A stretch of 64,000 bases of DNA from an uncultured cyanobacterium (GCA_963793265.1 CAWBZI010000002.1:448001-512000), one strand, 5' to 3'; shown: positions 31,162 to 42,805, counted from the first letter of the stretch. Numbers and translations: made by a program. Notes: generated by a model from the letters alone, not told the origin.

Positions 31162-31821
31162 ATGCGCTTTGAAACCCAACGGCTGATACTTCGGCCTTGG
31201 CAACCTAGTCAAGATGCCCGCCATGCGATGGATATCTATGGCGATAGTCAGGTGATGAAATGGATTGATGCTACCGCGATAGATACTTCGCTGCGGCAGG
31301 TGCAGGGGCGATTACAGCGGTATGTAGATAGCCCTAGTGACAAGATCATAGGGAGCTGGGCTGTAGAGCAAAAAGACATTGGTCGTGTCATTGGTCATGT
31401 GCTATTGATGCCGCTGCCTGACTTAGAAAATACGCGCCCAAAGCCAAACGAGTGGGCCGATATTAGAAGTAAGCGCGCTGAGCATATTGAAATTCAATAC
31501 CTAGACGGAATGCCGACTCACTACGTTGAAATTGGCTGGCACTTTCGCCCGGCTAGCTGGGGATTTGGCTATGCCACTGAGGCTGCAAAACGAGTTTGCC
31601 AGGTTGCCTTTGAGCAGCTAGCGCTATCGGTGCTGCTGGCGGTGACAGACCCGAAGAATGTGCGATCGCAGGCCGTCATGCACCGTCTAGGCATGATTCC
31701 CGACGGGCTCACCACTCGCTACTACGGCGGACAACCGTTACTTTTGTACAAACTCTATCCCGTTAAAACGCAGGCAATAGGCGAAATACGGCCTGCTACC
31801 GCCAAATTTCGTTCAAACTAA
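31162..31821 (+). CDS. GNAT family (RimJ/RimL-type) acetyltransferase
   Basis: ETQRLILRPW, EIGWHF..WGFGYATEAA, NVRSQAVMHRLGM. Confidence 0.9.
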   Translation: MRFETQRLILRPWQPSQDARHAMDIYGDSQVMKWIDATAIDTSLRQVQGRLQRYVDSPSDKIIGSWAVEQKDIGRVIGHVLLMPLPDLENTRPKPNEWADIRSKRAEHIEIQYLDGMPTHYVEIGWHFRPASWGFGYATEAAKRVCQVAFEQLALSVLLAVTDPKNVRSQAVMHRLGMIPDGLTTRYYGGQPLLLYKLYPVKTQAIGEIRPATAKFRSN

Positions 31822-31913
31822 CAGCAGGGCAACTATAATTTGTGCGCAGCTTTGCAGAACTTTTGGAATTACCTCTGATAGGTGTGTATACATGACGTTT
31901 CAAAGGGAACCAC

Positions 31914-32618
31914 ATGGTACAAAGCAAGCGTGCATCGATCGTTATGGGTCAACGAACCCGCCCTCAGCGTATGGATAGCTCAAACCCAAACCCAGAGCAT
32001 CTAAAACAGTTGGTCAGAGATACCTGCCAGCACCCCAAAGGTAGCCCTCAACGACAAAGAGGGCTCACTCGGCTTATCCGCGAAATCACAATTCAGCTAT
32101 GGCATACCTCCGATGCCTACTACCCAGATGCCCTACAGCAAACCTGGATCTACTTTTGCAAAAATCTCTGTGAAGCCACAACGGGCAGGGCTTATGACTG
32201 TGAAATAGCAACCCCGGTTACCTGGCTCAACGCCTACCTCAAGCGGCGATTACAAGACTTCAAGATTGCTGAAAATCGCGATCGCTACCAAACAGTATCC
32301 AGAGCTAGTCTCACGTTCACCAGCGAAGACGGCCCCATCGATCCGATTGACCAGCTCAGAGCCCCACCGGATATTCCCCCCTGGCTAGAGCAGGTTTACG
32401 ATTGGGTCGAGAAGAGTGAAGAACTCGAAACCATCCACATCGCTAAGCACCCCACCGTCACCGCCAAAGTCTTAATTCTTAAGCGCCTACCGCCCGAAAC
32501 GCCCTGGAAAACGCTTTCGGCAGAGTACGGCATTTCGATCGGCACGCTCAGCAGCTTTTACCAGCGGCAGTGCCTCTCAAAACTCAGAGAATACGGCAAG
32601 TCTCAAGGCTATCTATAG
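31914..32618 (+). CDS. Cyanobacterial sigma-70-like factor
   Basis: YPDALQQTWIYFCKNL, TWLNAYLKRRLQD, C-terminal HTH WKTLSAEYGISIGTLSSFYQRQC; precedes DUF1822. Confidence 0.65.
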   Translation: MVQSKRASIVMGQRTRPQRMDSSNPNPEHLKQLVRDTCQHPKGSPQRQRGLTRLIREITIQLWHTSDAYYPDALQQTWIYFCKNLCEATTGRAYDCEIATPVTWLNAYLKRRLQDFKIAENRDRYQTVSRASLTFTSEDGPIDPIDQLRAPPDIPPWLEQVYDWVEKSEELETIHIAKHPTVTAKVLILKRLPPETPWKTLSAEYGISIGTLSSFYQRQCLSKLREYGKSQGYL

Positions 32619-32708
32619 CTGTTCTCCACTCATATTTTTAGCGACATCTTCTTAAAAGCACCTCTTATTCCTCACACATCGGCTCTTGAATAGAGCTATT
32701 GGAACGTC

Positions 32709-33695
32709 ATGACGAACAACCTCTCTCAAGCAGCTAATCATCTCGGCAGCATCACGCTGCCGCTCACCACAGAATTTAAGCAAATTGCTCAATCGTTTGC
32801 CCAGCAGTGCCCTTTTGCTGAGAAAGTGCCGCAAATTCGGCGCAATACGCTAGCAGTATGCGCAGTAAATGCCTACCTACAGCTCATAGAAATTGATACG
32901 GACATCACCGCAGGCGATAGCTGGCATCCGATGATGCAGATGATGGGCGATGTGGCTGATTTGAAGGTGATCGATGCGGGCACGCTCTCATGTCGCCCGC
33001 TATTGCCTAATGAAGACACTTGCTATGTGCCGCCCGAAGATTGGAGCGATCGCACTGGCTACGTGGCCGTCGTGATTGATGAAAACGCGAGCCAGGCAAC
33101 GCTGTTGGGATTTACGAAGACGGTGGGAGAAGTAGAGCAGGTCGCGTTAGATACGTTTGAGCCCATAGAGACGCTGATTGATCGGGTGCATCGGGTGAAG
33201 GCGATCGCACAATCTCTCAATCAGGCCAAAACCGCTATCACCCAGTTCAGCGAGTGGACGCAGGGCGTAATATCAAGCACTTGGCAAGCCGTCGATACGT
33301 TTGTAAATCCAATGGGGCCCGAGTTTGCCGTTCGTGGAGAAGTAAGCGAGGTGGCTAAGGCAGTTGATACCGTTGATATCAGCCGCGCTCAGCTCGTTGA
33401 TTTGGGCACACAGTTTGGAGAATCAGTTCAAGTTGCCTTAGTCGTTCATCTCAGGCAGATATCGGCAGGCCAAAGCGAGATTTTGCTTCAGGTGAAGCCC
33501 CTCAACGAGACGCCTTTGCTACCTAAGAGCATTTCTCTATCCGTCTTTGATGAAAACGATGACTTGTTTAGAAGCACTACTTCAAGAGCGCTAGACAACT
33601 GTATTCAGCTACAAATCAGTGGCGAAGCGGGCGAAACCTTTAGTGTTCAAGTCAGTAAAGGTGAAAAGACTTTCACAGAGCGTTTTATGATTTAA
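32709..33695 (+). CDS. DUF1822 family protein
   Basis: NTLAVCAVNAYL, ADL, CRP, VPPEDWSDRTGYVAV, ATLLGF; C-terminal IQLQISGEAGETFSVQV. Confidence 0.85.
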   Translation: MTNNLSQAANHLGSITLPLTTEFKQIAQSFAQQCPFAEKVPQIRRNTLAVCAVNAYLQLIEIDTDITAGDSWHPMMQMMGDVADLKVIDAGTLSCRPLLPNEDTCYVPPEDWSDRTGYVAVVIDENASQATLLGFTKTVGEVEQVALDTFEPIETLIDRVHRVKAIAQSLNQAKTAITQFSEWTQGVISSTWQAVDTFVNPMGPEFAVRGEVSEVAKAVDTVDISRAQLVDLGTQFGESVQVALVVHLRQISAGQSEILLQVKPLNETPLLPKSISLSVFDENDDLFRSTTSRALDNCIQLQISGEAGETFSVQVSKGEKTFTERFMI

Positions 33696-33725
33696 CCAGA
33701 CATAAAGCTCCCAGGTAACCGCTCA

Positions 33726-34949
33726 GTGAACAAGCGCATTGTTATCAAAATTGGCCCCGGTAATATCAACACTGGATACGTGGCCTCGGTGCAAATTGGC
33801 AACGAAGGCGGTATGCCACACGCTGAAACGCAGGCGAGCTTGCCCCCAGCCCCCGATCTCGAAAAGATCTATCAGCAGTGGCAGCGCGCCTACTTGCAGT
33901 TGAGCCTGCCTTACCGGCTTGGGGCCTGTGACGGACAAACTAACGTATCGCAGGTGTTGGATGTAGAGTGGTGCCGAACCTTGAGCCGTCAGCTATGCGA
34001 TCGCGTCCACGACTGGCTGGTCTGCGACGAATTTCGTCCCATTCGCGAAAAGCTCCTAGAGCAGCTAAACCCCCAAGACAACACCCGCATCCTGCTACAA
34101 ACCCACGATCTGCTGCTCCAGCGCATTCCCTGGTACGAACTCGACTTTTTTCAGCGCTACCGCCAGGCCGAAGTTAGCATCTGCACCCCCGACTACCAGC
34201 AGGTCAACTACGTCGGCACCCGATCAGAGAAAGTGCGCGTGCTAGCCGTACTTGGCAACACCAAAGGGCTAGACACTCAAATCGATCAGACGCTTTTGAA
34301 GCAGCTCCCCAACGCCGACATTCAGTTTTTGCAAGAGCCGAGTCGCGAAGCTTTCAATGCTAGCCTTTGGGATGCTAGAGGCTGGGATATTTTATTTTTT
34401 GCAGGCCACAGCAGCAGCATAGAATGCAATCCCGACGAGGACGATAAGTCAGCAGCCGGTAGCGGTGAAATATCGCTGAGCGAAACCGAAAAGCTGACGA
34501 TCCCTCAGCTCAAACACGCCCTGAAAAAAGCCATTGACCGGGGCCTCAATACCGCTATTTTCAACTCTTGCGACGGCCTAGGCTTAGCCGCTGATTTGGC
34601 CGAACTACACATTCCGCAGGTGCTCGTCATGCGTGAGCCCGTACCCGATCAGGTCGCCCACGCCTTCCTTCAGGGCTTTCTAGAATCTTTCGCCACGGGC
34701 ACTCACTTCTACCTCGCCGTCCGCGAAGCCCGCGAAAAAATGCAGCCCCTAGAAGCCCGCTACCCCTGCGCCACCTGGCTCCCCGTAATTGTGCAAAACC
34801 CCGCCGAAACGCCGCCAACCTGGCTCTCACTGCAAGGCGACACCTCAGCTTACGCGCCTGGCTTTGACACCGAGGAACTTGATAGAACGGAATTAGTCAC
34901 CTTAGCCAAACGTTTACTCAAGATTCTTTCAAAGCAGCGGTCTGAGTAA
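33726..34949 (+). CDS. CHAT domain (caspase-like) protein
   Basis: LPPAP, LQRIPW, WDILFFAGHS, AIFNSCDGLGLA, MREPVPD, WLPVIVQN. Confidence 0.88.
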   Translation: MNKRIVIKIGPGNINTGYVASVQIGNEGGMPHAETQASLPPAPDLEKIYQQWQRAYLQLSLPYRLGACDGQTNVSQVLDVEWCRTLSRQLCDRVHDWLVCDEFRPIREKLLEQLNPQDNTRILLQTHDLLLQRIPWYELDFFQRYRQAEVSICTPDYQQVNYVGTRSEKVRVLAVLGNTKGLDTQIDQTLLKQLPNADIQFLQEPSREAFNASLWDARGWDILFFAGHSSSIECNPDEDDKSAAGSGEISLSETEKLTIPQLKHALKKAIDRGLNTAIFNSCDGLGLAADLAELHIPQVLVMREPVPDQVAHAFLQGFLESFATGTHFYLAVREAREKMQPLEARYPCATWLPVIVQNPAETPPTWLSLQGDTSAYAPGFDTEELDRTELVTLAKRLLKILSKQRSE

Positions 34950-35001
34950 GCTCATTCTGACTTCCTGCGACACCTCAACGACTTTGTTCCTTTTTTTGTC
35001 T

Positions 35002-35883
35002 ATGAAAGCTCCCTTTTTTACCTCTATACTCTCAGCCGTCGCGCTCCTAAGTGCTACCGATCTTGCCCTTGCGCAACAGCTGCCCAATCTCCCCATTCAG
35101 CTCAATCTAGACGATCTCGCCCCCGCACAATACCAAGGCAGCAGGCAAGAAAGCTGCGCTACCTATGACTTTCCGCTAACGGCACTGACCTATAGCACGG
35201 CCAACGGCACGACCGATGTGTCTGTAGGCTCATTGACGGTGCAGGCTCAGCCCCGGCTGTGGTTTTATCTACCAACTGACTCTGAAGAGATGAACGCTGT
35301 GATCGCTATCAAAAACACTCGCAATGAACTGCTATATGAAGGTCAGCTCAACGGTGAAACAGAAAGCGATGGCATTGTGAGTGTGCCGCTGCCAGTTGAG
35401 CTAAGCGCAGGCGATCCCTATCAATGGGTTTTAACAGTTGAGTGCGATGAAAATGATTCGGTTACGGTGGATGGCTGGATAGGTAGGGCACCGATTTCGC
35501 CAGCAACAGCAGGTGTGTTTGCAGGGGTGGGCGATCGCAACCGAGCCGCCCTCTATGCCAACGAGGGCTTTTTACAAGACGCGCTCAGCGAACTGGCGCT
35601 ACTACGACTTGCAGATAAAGCAGATGAAGACTTAGCAGAAGACTGGATTGGCTTCTTAAGCGATCTGGGACTGGCCGATCTTACCGCTGCGCCCTTACTA
35701 GACTGCTGCGAAATCGCGGATGCTCGCACTTTACCCGAAGAAGAAATAGACGAGCCCGAGACTTCTGAGCCTGAGGTGTCTGAGCCCGAAGTTTCTGAAC
35801 CGATAGAAGATTCGGTTGAACCTGAAGAGGCAGAAGAACCAGATACTAGAACGCCGTTACAGCGAGCGCGGGATAACGGATGA
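35002..35883 (+). CDS. DUF928 family exported protein
   Basis: Signal peptide; LTAL, PRLWFYLP, GIVSV, YQWVL, VDGWI, LYANEGFLQDAL, PLLDCC; acidic EPEVS tail. Confidence 0.85.
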   Translation: MKAPFFTSILSAVALLSATDLALAQQLPNLPIQLNLDDLAPAQYQGSRQESCATYDFPLTALTYSTANGTTDVSVGSLTVQAQPRLWFYLPTDSEEMNAVIAIKNTRNELLYEGQLNGETESDGIVSVPLPVELSAGDPYQWVLTVECDENDSVTVDGWIGRAPISPATAGVFAGVGDRNRAALYANEGFLQDALSELALLRLADKADEDLAEDWIGFLSDLGLADLTAAPLLDCCEIADARTLPEEEIDEPETSEPEVSEPEVSEPIEDSVEPEEAEEPDTRTPLQRARDNG

Positions 35884-35961
35884 GCCTGAGCCCGCAAACG
35901 TCTTGCAGAATTAATCAGACTAGGCCCGATAGGTAGATATACAGCGTTCCAAAGAGAGAAC

Positions 35962-36516
35962 ATGAAACCTGATAAATCTACCCCCGATTTCAGCATCCTA
36001 CGCGCCGCTATAGAAGGACTGCAAGACGGCTTTATTATTGCCAGCCAAACTGGCCTCATTGAAAAAATCAACGCGCCCGCCCAGCGAATCTGCGAGCTGC
36101 TCAAAGCTTCCGACACGCTACCTGTAGAAATTTGGCGCGTTTGCCAGGCTGCTCTCAAAAACCAGGACGTGCTTTCGTTTCAAAGAATTGGCCTTGATGC
36201 TGAAATCATTTTGCCTGAGCTAGGCAGCGTTCGCATTCGGGTAAAAAATATTCAGCTCGCCCAAGTGCCGCACTTATTGATTGTTTTAGAAGACCGGCAG
36301 CAAACCATCCGTAACAAAGCTCTCTCCGATGCCGCTCTGTTTGGTCTTACTGAGCGTGAAACCGAAGTGTGGCAGCTACGATTGCGCGGCGCTGACTATA
36401 ACGAAATTTCTACGACGCTTTGGATTAGCGCCAACACCGTTAAGAAGCACGTAAAAAACATTCTTGCCAAACAACGAAGCCACCAGGACGACACAGCGTA
36501 CGACCTGATGGCTTGA
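35962..36516 (+). CDS. LuxR-family HTH regulator with PAS-like N-terminus
   Basis: GLTERETEV...EISTTLWISANTVKKHVKNILAK. Confidence 0.9.
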   Translation: MKPDKSTPDFSILRAAIEGLQDGFIIASQTGLIEKINAPAQRICELLKASDTLPVEIWRVCQAALKNQDVLSFQRIGLDAEIILPELGSVRIRVKNIQLAQVPHLLIVLEDRQQTIRNKALSDAALFGLTERETEVWQLRLRGADYNEISTTLWISANTVKKHVKNILAKQRSHQDDTAYDLMA

Positions 36517-36558
36517 AATCATAAGGATTAGCGGCTGGGGCTCAGTCCATTCTGCAAT

Positions 36559-38163
36559 TTACTGCGCGATCGCTGGAACCTCAGACACCTTAGCCCCTGC
36601 AACCGGCATCTGCTCATGACCCAGCTCAGCAGCAATCTCCGCATTCCGAATCAAAACCGAGCGCTGCAATAAAGGCGTCCGCGCAACCGAGCTATTGGCG
36701 AGCTGAAGCAAAGGATTTGCCGCCACACCTGCAAGTGCAGTCACCGTCACCGCCAAAATCAAGCTCACCTGCAAAGGCCGCATTCCTGGCAAAGTCCAAT
36801 CGTTAACCGTGTAGGCTCTAACCTCATCAGACATTTCCTGCGGCTCTTTGACCACCATCATCTTCACCACACGAATGTAGTAGTAAATAGAGATCACACT
36901 GGTGATAAGTCCGACAAGGACTAGCGTGTAGGCACCCGCCTGCCAGCCCGCCCAGAAGATGTAGATTTTTCCGAAGAAGCCTGCCAGCGGTGGAATGCCA
37001 CCCAAAGACAGCAGGCAAAGGCTTAAGCACAGCGTCAGCAGCGGGTCTTTTTGGTAGAGGCCACTGTAGGCACTAATTTGATCGGTACCCGTACGCAGCG
37101 AGAACAGAATCACGCAGGTAAAGGCTCCCAGGTTCATAAATAAATAGATGAACAGGTAGAACACCAGGCTCGAGTAGCCCGCGTCCGTACCAATGATAAA
37201 GCCAATCATTACAATCCCAGCCTGACCAATCGAAGAGTAGGCCAGCAGACGCTTCATGCTCGTTTGAGCCAGCGCCACTACGTTCCCTAAAATCATGCTG
37301 AGAATAGCCAGCGCTGCAAAGACAAACCGCCACTGAGCAGACACCATCGGAAAGGCCGTGAGTAATAGGCGAATGGCCAGTGCAAAACCGGCTGTTTTAG
37401 AACCGACTGAGAGAAAAGCTACGACAGGTGTAGGAGAGCCTTCGTAAACGTCCGGCGTCCACTGGTGAAAGGGCACCGCCGCAACTTTGAAGGCGATCCC
37501 AGCAATGACAAATACCAGGGCAATAATCAACCCAATCGGCGCGGTTTCATTGGCCGCTGCGATCTGAGTCGCAATTAGGCTCAGGTTCGTTTCACCGCCT
37601 GATAGGCCGTACAGCAGCGACATGCCGTAAAGGAAAATGGCCGCACTCGCTGCGCCAATCAGCAAATATTTCAGCGCCGCCTCGTTAGAGCGCGGGTCGC
37701 GTTTCATGTAGCCCGTCAATAAATAAGACGAAATACTTAAGGTTTCTAGAGAGACAAAGACGGTGACTAGCTCGTCAGCACCTGAAAGGAACATCCCGCC
37801 AAGAGTTGCGGTGAGCAGGATGGCTAAAAACTCTGCCAGCGCGGTGCCTGAGCGTTCTACGTAGCGGATGCACATTGGCACGGTAACGGCTGCCGAGAGG
37901 GCAATAATGCCGCGGAAAACAATGCTTAAATCGTCTCCATTGAATGCGCCCAAAAAGGCAATCGGTTCGGCGGCTCCCCATTGAAAATAGAGGCCAACCA
38001 CTGCGGTTAAAAGACCTGCGATCGCCACATAAGGCAACCACTTCGTAACTGCCCTACCGCCCACAATGTCGGTAATAAGGATTGCCATGATCGTGACTAT
38101 CACAATCCCTTCTGGCAAAATGATGCCCGCATTTAACTGAGCGGCAATATTGGCAAAGTCCAT
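36559..38163 (-). CDS. ndhB: NAD(P)H-quinone oxidoreductase subunit 2 (B)
   Basis: [52 protein letters not shown]. Confidence 0.98.
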   Translation of the reverse strand: MDFANIAAQLNAGIILPEGIVIVTIMAILITDIVGGRAVTKWLPYVAIAGLLTAVVGLYFQWGAAEPIAFLGAFNGDDLSIVFRGIIALSAAVTVPMCIRYVERSGTALAEFLAILLTATLGGMFLSGADELVTVFVSLETLSISSYLLTGYMKRDPRSNEAALKYLLIGAASAAIFLYGMSLLYGLSGGETNLSLIATQIAAANETAPIGLIIALVFVIAGIAFKVAAVPFHQWTPDVYEGSPTPVVAFLSVGSKTAGFALAIRLLLTAFPMVSAQWRFVFAALAILSMILGNVVALAQTSMKRLLAYSSIGQAGIVMIGFIIGTDAGYSSLVFYLFIYLFMNLGAFTCVILFSLRTGTDQISAYSGLYQKDPLLTLCLSLCLLSLGGIPPLAGFFGKIYIFWAGWQAGAYTLVLVGLITSVISIYYYIRVVKMMVVKEPQEMSDEVRAYTVNDWTLPGMRPLQVSLILAVTVTALAGVAANPLLQLANSSVARTPLLQRSVLIRNAEIAAELGHEQMPVAGAKVSEVPAIAQ

Positions 38164-38618
38164 CGACTACGGCCCAATAAAGGAGCCTGATAAGGTTTTC
38201 CACTTGAAAGCTTACCGTGTATTTTCCGATAATCCCACCGCCGCCGAGAATAAGTTGATAATTTAGGCCAGAATTTAGCCCAGAGGGATCGGTTGGATCG
38301 GCGATCGCGCCAAAAACTTAATAGACAGATCTTCCCGAAGAGCGCTACAACGAAAACACGCTATTCGACTTATAAAGATCGACATGGGTTTGCCATAGGT
38401 TTACAAGAGGGGGTAGACGGAAAGGCCCCTTTTGATCTATCGCTATAAATAGAGGCAACTTGATATGAGTGGTCTAGCCCCTGCCCTTCCTATCTATTTT
38501 GTTAGAGAGGATTAGCTATCAAGACGTAGCTTTCAGGTACGCATCTTGGGAACGCTTCATATCAACCTCATGAAGCATCGCTTTCTTATTAACCCCCGCT
38601 AAAAAAGCACAGGTCGTA

Positions 38619-41366
38619 ATGTCTACGCTCGTCATTGTTGAGTCACCCACCAAAGCCAAAACCATTCGCAACTTCCTGCCAAAAGGCTATCGGGTAGAGG
38701 CTTCGATGGGCCATATTCGCGATTTGCCTAAGTCGGCCAAGGAGATTCCGGCCAAGGTGAAAAAAGAAAAGTGGGCTCAAATTGGCGTGAACACAGAGGC
38801 CGATTTTGAGCCTTTGTATGTGATCCCTGCGGATAAAAAGAAGGTTGTTAAAACCCTCAAAGATGCCCTAAAAGAAGCCGATGAGCTGGTACTAGCGACT
38901 GACGAAGACCGCGAAGGTGAAAGCATTAGCTGGCACCTGATGGAGGTGCTTAAGCCTAAGGTGCCAACGAAGCGAATGGTGTTTCATGAAATTACCAAGG
39001 AAGCCATTCAAGAAGCCCTTTCTAACTGCCGCACCATCGACGACAAGCTGGTTCATGCTCAAGAAACGCGCCGCATTTTAGACCGGCTCGTGGGCTACAC
39101 CGTCTCGCCTTTGCTATGGAAAAAGATTGCGTTTGGCCTCTCTGCGGGTCGCGTGCAGTCGGTATCCGTTCGCCTGCTCGTTGAACGCGAGCGGGCTAGA
39201 CGCGCGTTCCGCCGAGGGTCTTACTGGGATCTCAAGGCAGCTTTGCTCAAGTCTGCGGACAAGGATAAAAGTCCTTTTGATGCCAAGCTGGTTTCAGTCG
39301 GCGGCACCCGCGTAGCTAACGGCAGCGACTTTGACGAATCCACTGGCCAGGTGAAAGCAGGCCGCAACGTACTGCTCCTCAATGAGCAAGAGGCTCAGGC
39401 GCTACGAGTCCGCTTAGAGTCTAGCGCTTGGAGCGTTGCCAATTTAGAAGAGAGGCCTAATACGCGCAAACCTGCCCCGCCGTTTACCACCTCCACGCTT
39501 CAGCAGGAGGCTAACCGTAAGCTCGGACTTTCAGCTCGCGATACGATGCGAACGGCGCAAGGGCTGTATGAGAAAGGTTTTATTACCTATATGAGAACGG
39601 ATTCGACGAGTTTATCGAAGCAGGCGATCGCGGCAGCTAGAAGCTGTGTTGAAACCAAATACGGCAAAGACTACCTCAGCCCAAAACCCCGCCAGTTCTC
39701 AGCTAAGAGCAAAGGTGCCCAAGAGGCCCACGAAGCCATTCGCCCGTCTGGTGAAGTGTTCCGCACACCTCAAGATACGCCTTTAAAAGAACGTGAGCTA
39801 AAGCTATACGATCTGATTTGGAAGCGCACGGTCGCCACGCAAATGGCAGAAGCGCGTCAGACCAATATCACCGTTCAAATTGAAGCAGACGATGCCATTT
39901 TCAAAGCGACCGGCAAACGCATCGATTTTCCTGGATTCTTCCGCGCCTATGTAGAAGGTTCAGATAATCCTGATGCTGCCATTGAGAACCAAGAGATCGT
40001 GCTGCCTGCGATGAAGCAAGGCGATTCTCTAGACTGTTCGAGCTTAGAAGCGATTGGTCATGAAACCCAGCCACCGGCTCGCTACACAGAAGCCAGCCTA
40101 GTTAAGACACTTGAGAAAGAAGGCATTGGCCGCCCGAGTACCTATGCAACCGTGATTAGTACGGTTGTCACTCGCCGCTATGCCGAACTGATCAACAACA
40201 GCCTTGTGCCAACGTTCACAGCATTCGCAGTCACTGAGCTGTTAGAGAAGAACTTCCCTGATCTTGTAGATGTCCACTTTACGGCGAACATGGAGCAAAC
40301 GTTAGACGAGATCTCTACGGGTAGTGAAGAATGGCTACCGTATCTGAAGAAGTTTTATAACGGAGAAAAGGGTCTGGCTGGGCAGGTAGAACAGCGCCAG
40401 GACAACATCGATCCAACAGAAGCGCGGACGGTTGATCTTGATGATTTGATGGCTAAAGTACGCATCGGTAAATATGGCGCGTATGTAGAGCTAGAGAAAG
40501 ACGAAGAAACTGTTAGAGCCTCGATTCCTGACGGCGTTAGCCCGGCTGATTTAGACGACGAGCAGGTGGAAGTTCTGCTGAAGCAAAAGACAGAGGGGCC
40601 AGAGAAAATTGGGCTTCATCCTGAAACGGGCGAGCCAATGTATATGCTGATTGGTCGCTTTGGCCCGTACGTGCAGCTTGGCGATGTCACGGAAGAAAAC
40701 AAAAAGCCTAAGCGCACCTCTTTGCCTAAAGGCGTAAAAGCTGAAGATGTCGATCAGGAGATGGCGGTTGCGCTACTTTCTCTACCTCGTTTGCTAGGCG
40801 TTCATCCTGAAACGGGCAACAATATCAAGGCGAACTTAGGCCGCTTTGGCCCGTACGTTGTGCATACCAAAGGTAGAGAAGACGGTAAAGACGACTACCG
40901 CTCAATTAAGGGCGACGATGACATGCTGACTATTCAGCTTGATCGGGCCTTGGAGATGTTAGCGCAGCCTAAAGCTGGTCGTGGGCGGAAGGCAGCGACG
41001 CCTATTCATGAAATTGGTAAGCATCCGGCTGATGAGGAGCCTATCAACGTGTATGACGGGCCTTATGGGCCTTACATTAAGCATGGCAAGGTGAATGCGT
41101 CGGTGCCTGAGGGTAAGAAGCCTGAAGAGGTGACCGTAGAGGAGGCGGTTGCACTGCTCGAAGAGAAGGGTGGTGCGGTGAAGAAGAAGAAGACAACTAA
41201 GAAGAAAACGACTGCGAAGAAGAGTACGGCTAAAAAAGGAACGACTAAGACAGCGGCGGCGAAGAAGAGAACGGCGAAGACGACGACTGCGAAGAAGGCA
41301 ACAACGGCGAAGAAAGGAACGACGGCGAAGAAGAAGACTAAAGCGGCTAGTGAGGTAGGAGAATAG
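38619..41366 (+). CDS. topA: DNA topoisomerase I
   Basis: [45 protein letters not shown]; Topo_C repeats; Lys-rich tail. Confidence 0.98.
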   Translation: MSTLVIVESPTKAKTIRNFLPKGYRVEASMGHIRDLPKSAKEIPAKVKKEKWAQIGVNTEADFEPLYVIPADKKKVVKTLKDALKEADELVLATDEDREGESISWHLMEVLKPKVPTKRMVFHEITKEAIQEALSNCRTIDDKLVHAQETRRILDRLVGYTVSPLLWKKIAFGLSAGRVQSVSVRLLVERERARRAFRRGSYWDLKAALLKSADKDKSPFDAKLVSVGGTRVANGSDFDESTGQVKAGRNVLLLNEQEAQALRVRLESSAWSVANLEERPNTRKPAPPFTTSTLQQEANRKLGLSARDTMRTAQGLYEKGFITYMRTDSTSLSKQAIAAARSCVETKYGKDYLSPKPRQFSAKSKGAQEAHEAIRPSGEVFRTPQDTPLKERELKLYDLIWKRTVATQMAEARQTNITVQIEADDAIFKATGKRIDFPGFFRAYVEGSDNPDAAIENQEIVLPAMKQGDSLDCSSLEAIGHETQPPARYTEASLVKTLEKEGIGRPSTYATVISTVVTRRYAELINNSLVPTFTAFAVTELLEKNFPDLVDVHFTANMEQTLDEISTGSEEWLPYLKKFYNGEKGLAGQVEQRQDNIDPTEARTVDLDDLMAKVRIGKYGAYVELEKDEETVRASIPDGVSPADLDDEQVEVLLKQKTEGPEKIGLHPETGEPMYMLIGRFGPYVQLGDVTEENKKPKRTSLPKGVKAEDVDQEMAVALLSLPRLLGVHPETGNNIKANLGRFGPYVVHTKGREDGKDDYRSIKGDDDMLTIQLDRALEMLAQPKAGRGRKAATPIHEIGKHPADEEPINVYDGPYGPYIKHGKVNASVPEGKKPEEVTVEEAVALLEEKGGAVKKKKTTKKKTTAKKSTAKKGTTKTAAAKKRTAKTTTAKKATTAKKGTTAKKKTKAASEVGE

Positions 41367-41434
41367 ATTTTAGACGTTCGGATTGATATCAGTCGGAGAA
41401 CCTTATGCAGGAGCGTATATGTAGGGTTTAGAGT

Positions 41435-41463
41435 CGGAGGGTGTAAAGCCTTACGCCCCTACA
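41435..41463 (-). repeat. GTAG-type REP-like palindrome, copy 2
   Basis: cggagggtgtaaagccttacgcccctaca. Confidence 0.7.
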
Positions 41464-41510
41464 GGAGGCTGGATATGAGCATGATTTGTTCAACTTAAGG
41501 GCTCACAGCT

Positions 41511-42251
41511 ATGGCTATGCAACTTGATCAGGTTGTTCCTTTTGGGCGCTCTTTGGATGAGTACGTCAGGATGTTTTCGCTGAGCGATCGCAATCTAAAA
41601 TCATCCATACTAAGCGTCGCTGACGGCCCTGCTAGCTTCAACGCTGAAGGCACTGCCAAAGGCTACAGCATTCAGTCTGTTGATCCACTGTACGAATTTG
41701 AAGGCGATGAAATCAAAAAGCGCTTTTATGCCGTACGAGACAACATCATTCAGCAAATACGCGACACTCAAAACGACTGGGTGTGGAACTTTCACGACTC
41801 ACCAGACACCTTGAGCCAAACGAGAACAAACGTTACCGAACGCTTTGCGGCTGATTACGCGCTAGGTAAGCAGCAAGGTCGCTACATCACAGGCCAACTA
41901 CCGAACCTTAGCATTGCTGATAATGCGTTCGATCTGGGCCTTTGTTCGCACTTCCTATTTCTATACTCTCAGCAGTTCAATACGGCCTTTCATATCGCCG
42001 CCATTGATGAAATGCTGAGAGTCTGTAAAGAAGTCAGGATTTTTCCACTGCTGACATTAATGGGCAAAACCTCACCACACCTTGAGCCTGTTGTGAGTCA
42101 TTTAGAGAAAAAGGGCTACTCTGAACGGAAACAAGCAGACGAAGGGACGCGATCTTTTTGGATTATTGAAACGGTAGACTACGAGCTGCAAAAAGGCGGG
42201 AATAAGATGCTGAGAATTGTGACGAATGCTGACAGACCTTCGAGCGATTAA
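41511..42251 (+). CDS. SAM-dependent methyltransferase-like protein
   Basis: GRSLDEYVRMF, DGPASFNAE, FDLGLCSHFLFLY, EVRIFPL. Confidence 0.8.
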   Translation: MAMQLDQVVPFGRSLDEYVRMFSLSDRNLKSSILSVADGPASFNAEGTAKGYSIQSVDPLYEFEGDEIKKRFYAVRDNIIQQIRDTQNDWVWNFHDSPDTLSQTRTNVTERFAADYALGKQQGRYITGQLPNLSIADNAFDLGLCSHFLFLYSQQFNTAFHIAAIDEMLRVCKEVRIFPLLTLMGKTSPHLEPVVSHLEKKGYSERKQADEGTRSFWIIETVDYELQKGGNKMLRIVTNADRPSSD

Positions 42252-42267
42252 AAAGTTAGCGATCGCG

Positions 42268-42714
42268 CTATTTCTGAATGAGGACAGCTCCGGCAAGCAT
42301 CATTAGCGTTCCTAAGAGGCGAGATCCGTTGGGAGAAATTTGCTCAACGCCAAACGCGCCCGTAGAATCTAAAACTAGCGACATGATTACCTGCCCAGCG
42401 ATGACCAAAGAAAAAACAGAAGCGACTCCTAGCTTTGGAATAGCCACGAGTGACGACACTAAGTAGTAGGCCGCAAAAACACCGCCTAACCATGCCCAAG
42501 TTGGGACGGCATTAAACGCAGGTAGCGACCCTCGCTCAACAGTGCCGCTAGCCCAAAGTAACAGAAGTGAAAACAGGCTGACGCTCAGCGACACAATGGT
42601 TGTAAGGATCGGAGAATCCGTTGAGAGCCGAAGACGAGCGTTCCAAGTAATTTGAACAGCTAGACCTGCTCCGCCCAGCGCGACCAAAAAAAGAAGAAAC
42701 AATCGGTTGAGCAT
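42268..42714 (-). CDS. DMT family (YdcZ/DUF606-like) transporter
   Basis: NARL, WAWLGG, PKLG, AGQVIMSLVLD. Confidence 0.85.
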   Translation of the reverse strand: MLNRLFLLFLVALGGAGLAVQITWNARLRLSTDSPILTTIVSLSVSLFSLLLLWASGTVERGSLPAFNAVPTWAWLGGVFAAYYLVSSLVAIPKLGVASVFSLVIAGQVIMSLVLDSTGAFGVEQISPNGSRLLGTLMMLAGAVLIQK

Positions 42715-42805
42715 GAATATGGCCGAGTAATTTGTGCGCTGATATCGTCACACAGTCTACAGTTATACAGGCGCACAAACATAGGTGTAAGTAAAGGCAG
42801 AGGCC

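Noticed and set aside
32668..32700. attcctcacac followed by a hairpin, resembling the Yfr1 sRNA core ACUCCUCACAC
   Set aside because: One mismatch in a near-invariant motif, no clear 5' stem, and it sits in a short intra-operon gap.
35750..35802. 15-bp tandem repeat in the DUF928 gene
   Set aside because: It encodes a simple acidic EPEVS linker with no sign of an independent element.
41170..41345. Purine-rich repetitive tract at the end of topA
   Set aside because: It encodes the ordinary Lys/Thr/Ala-rich tail of this topoisomerase I type.
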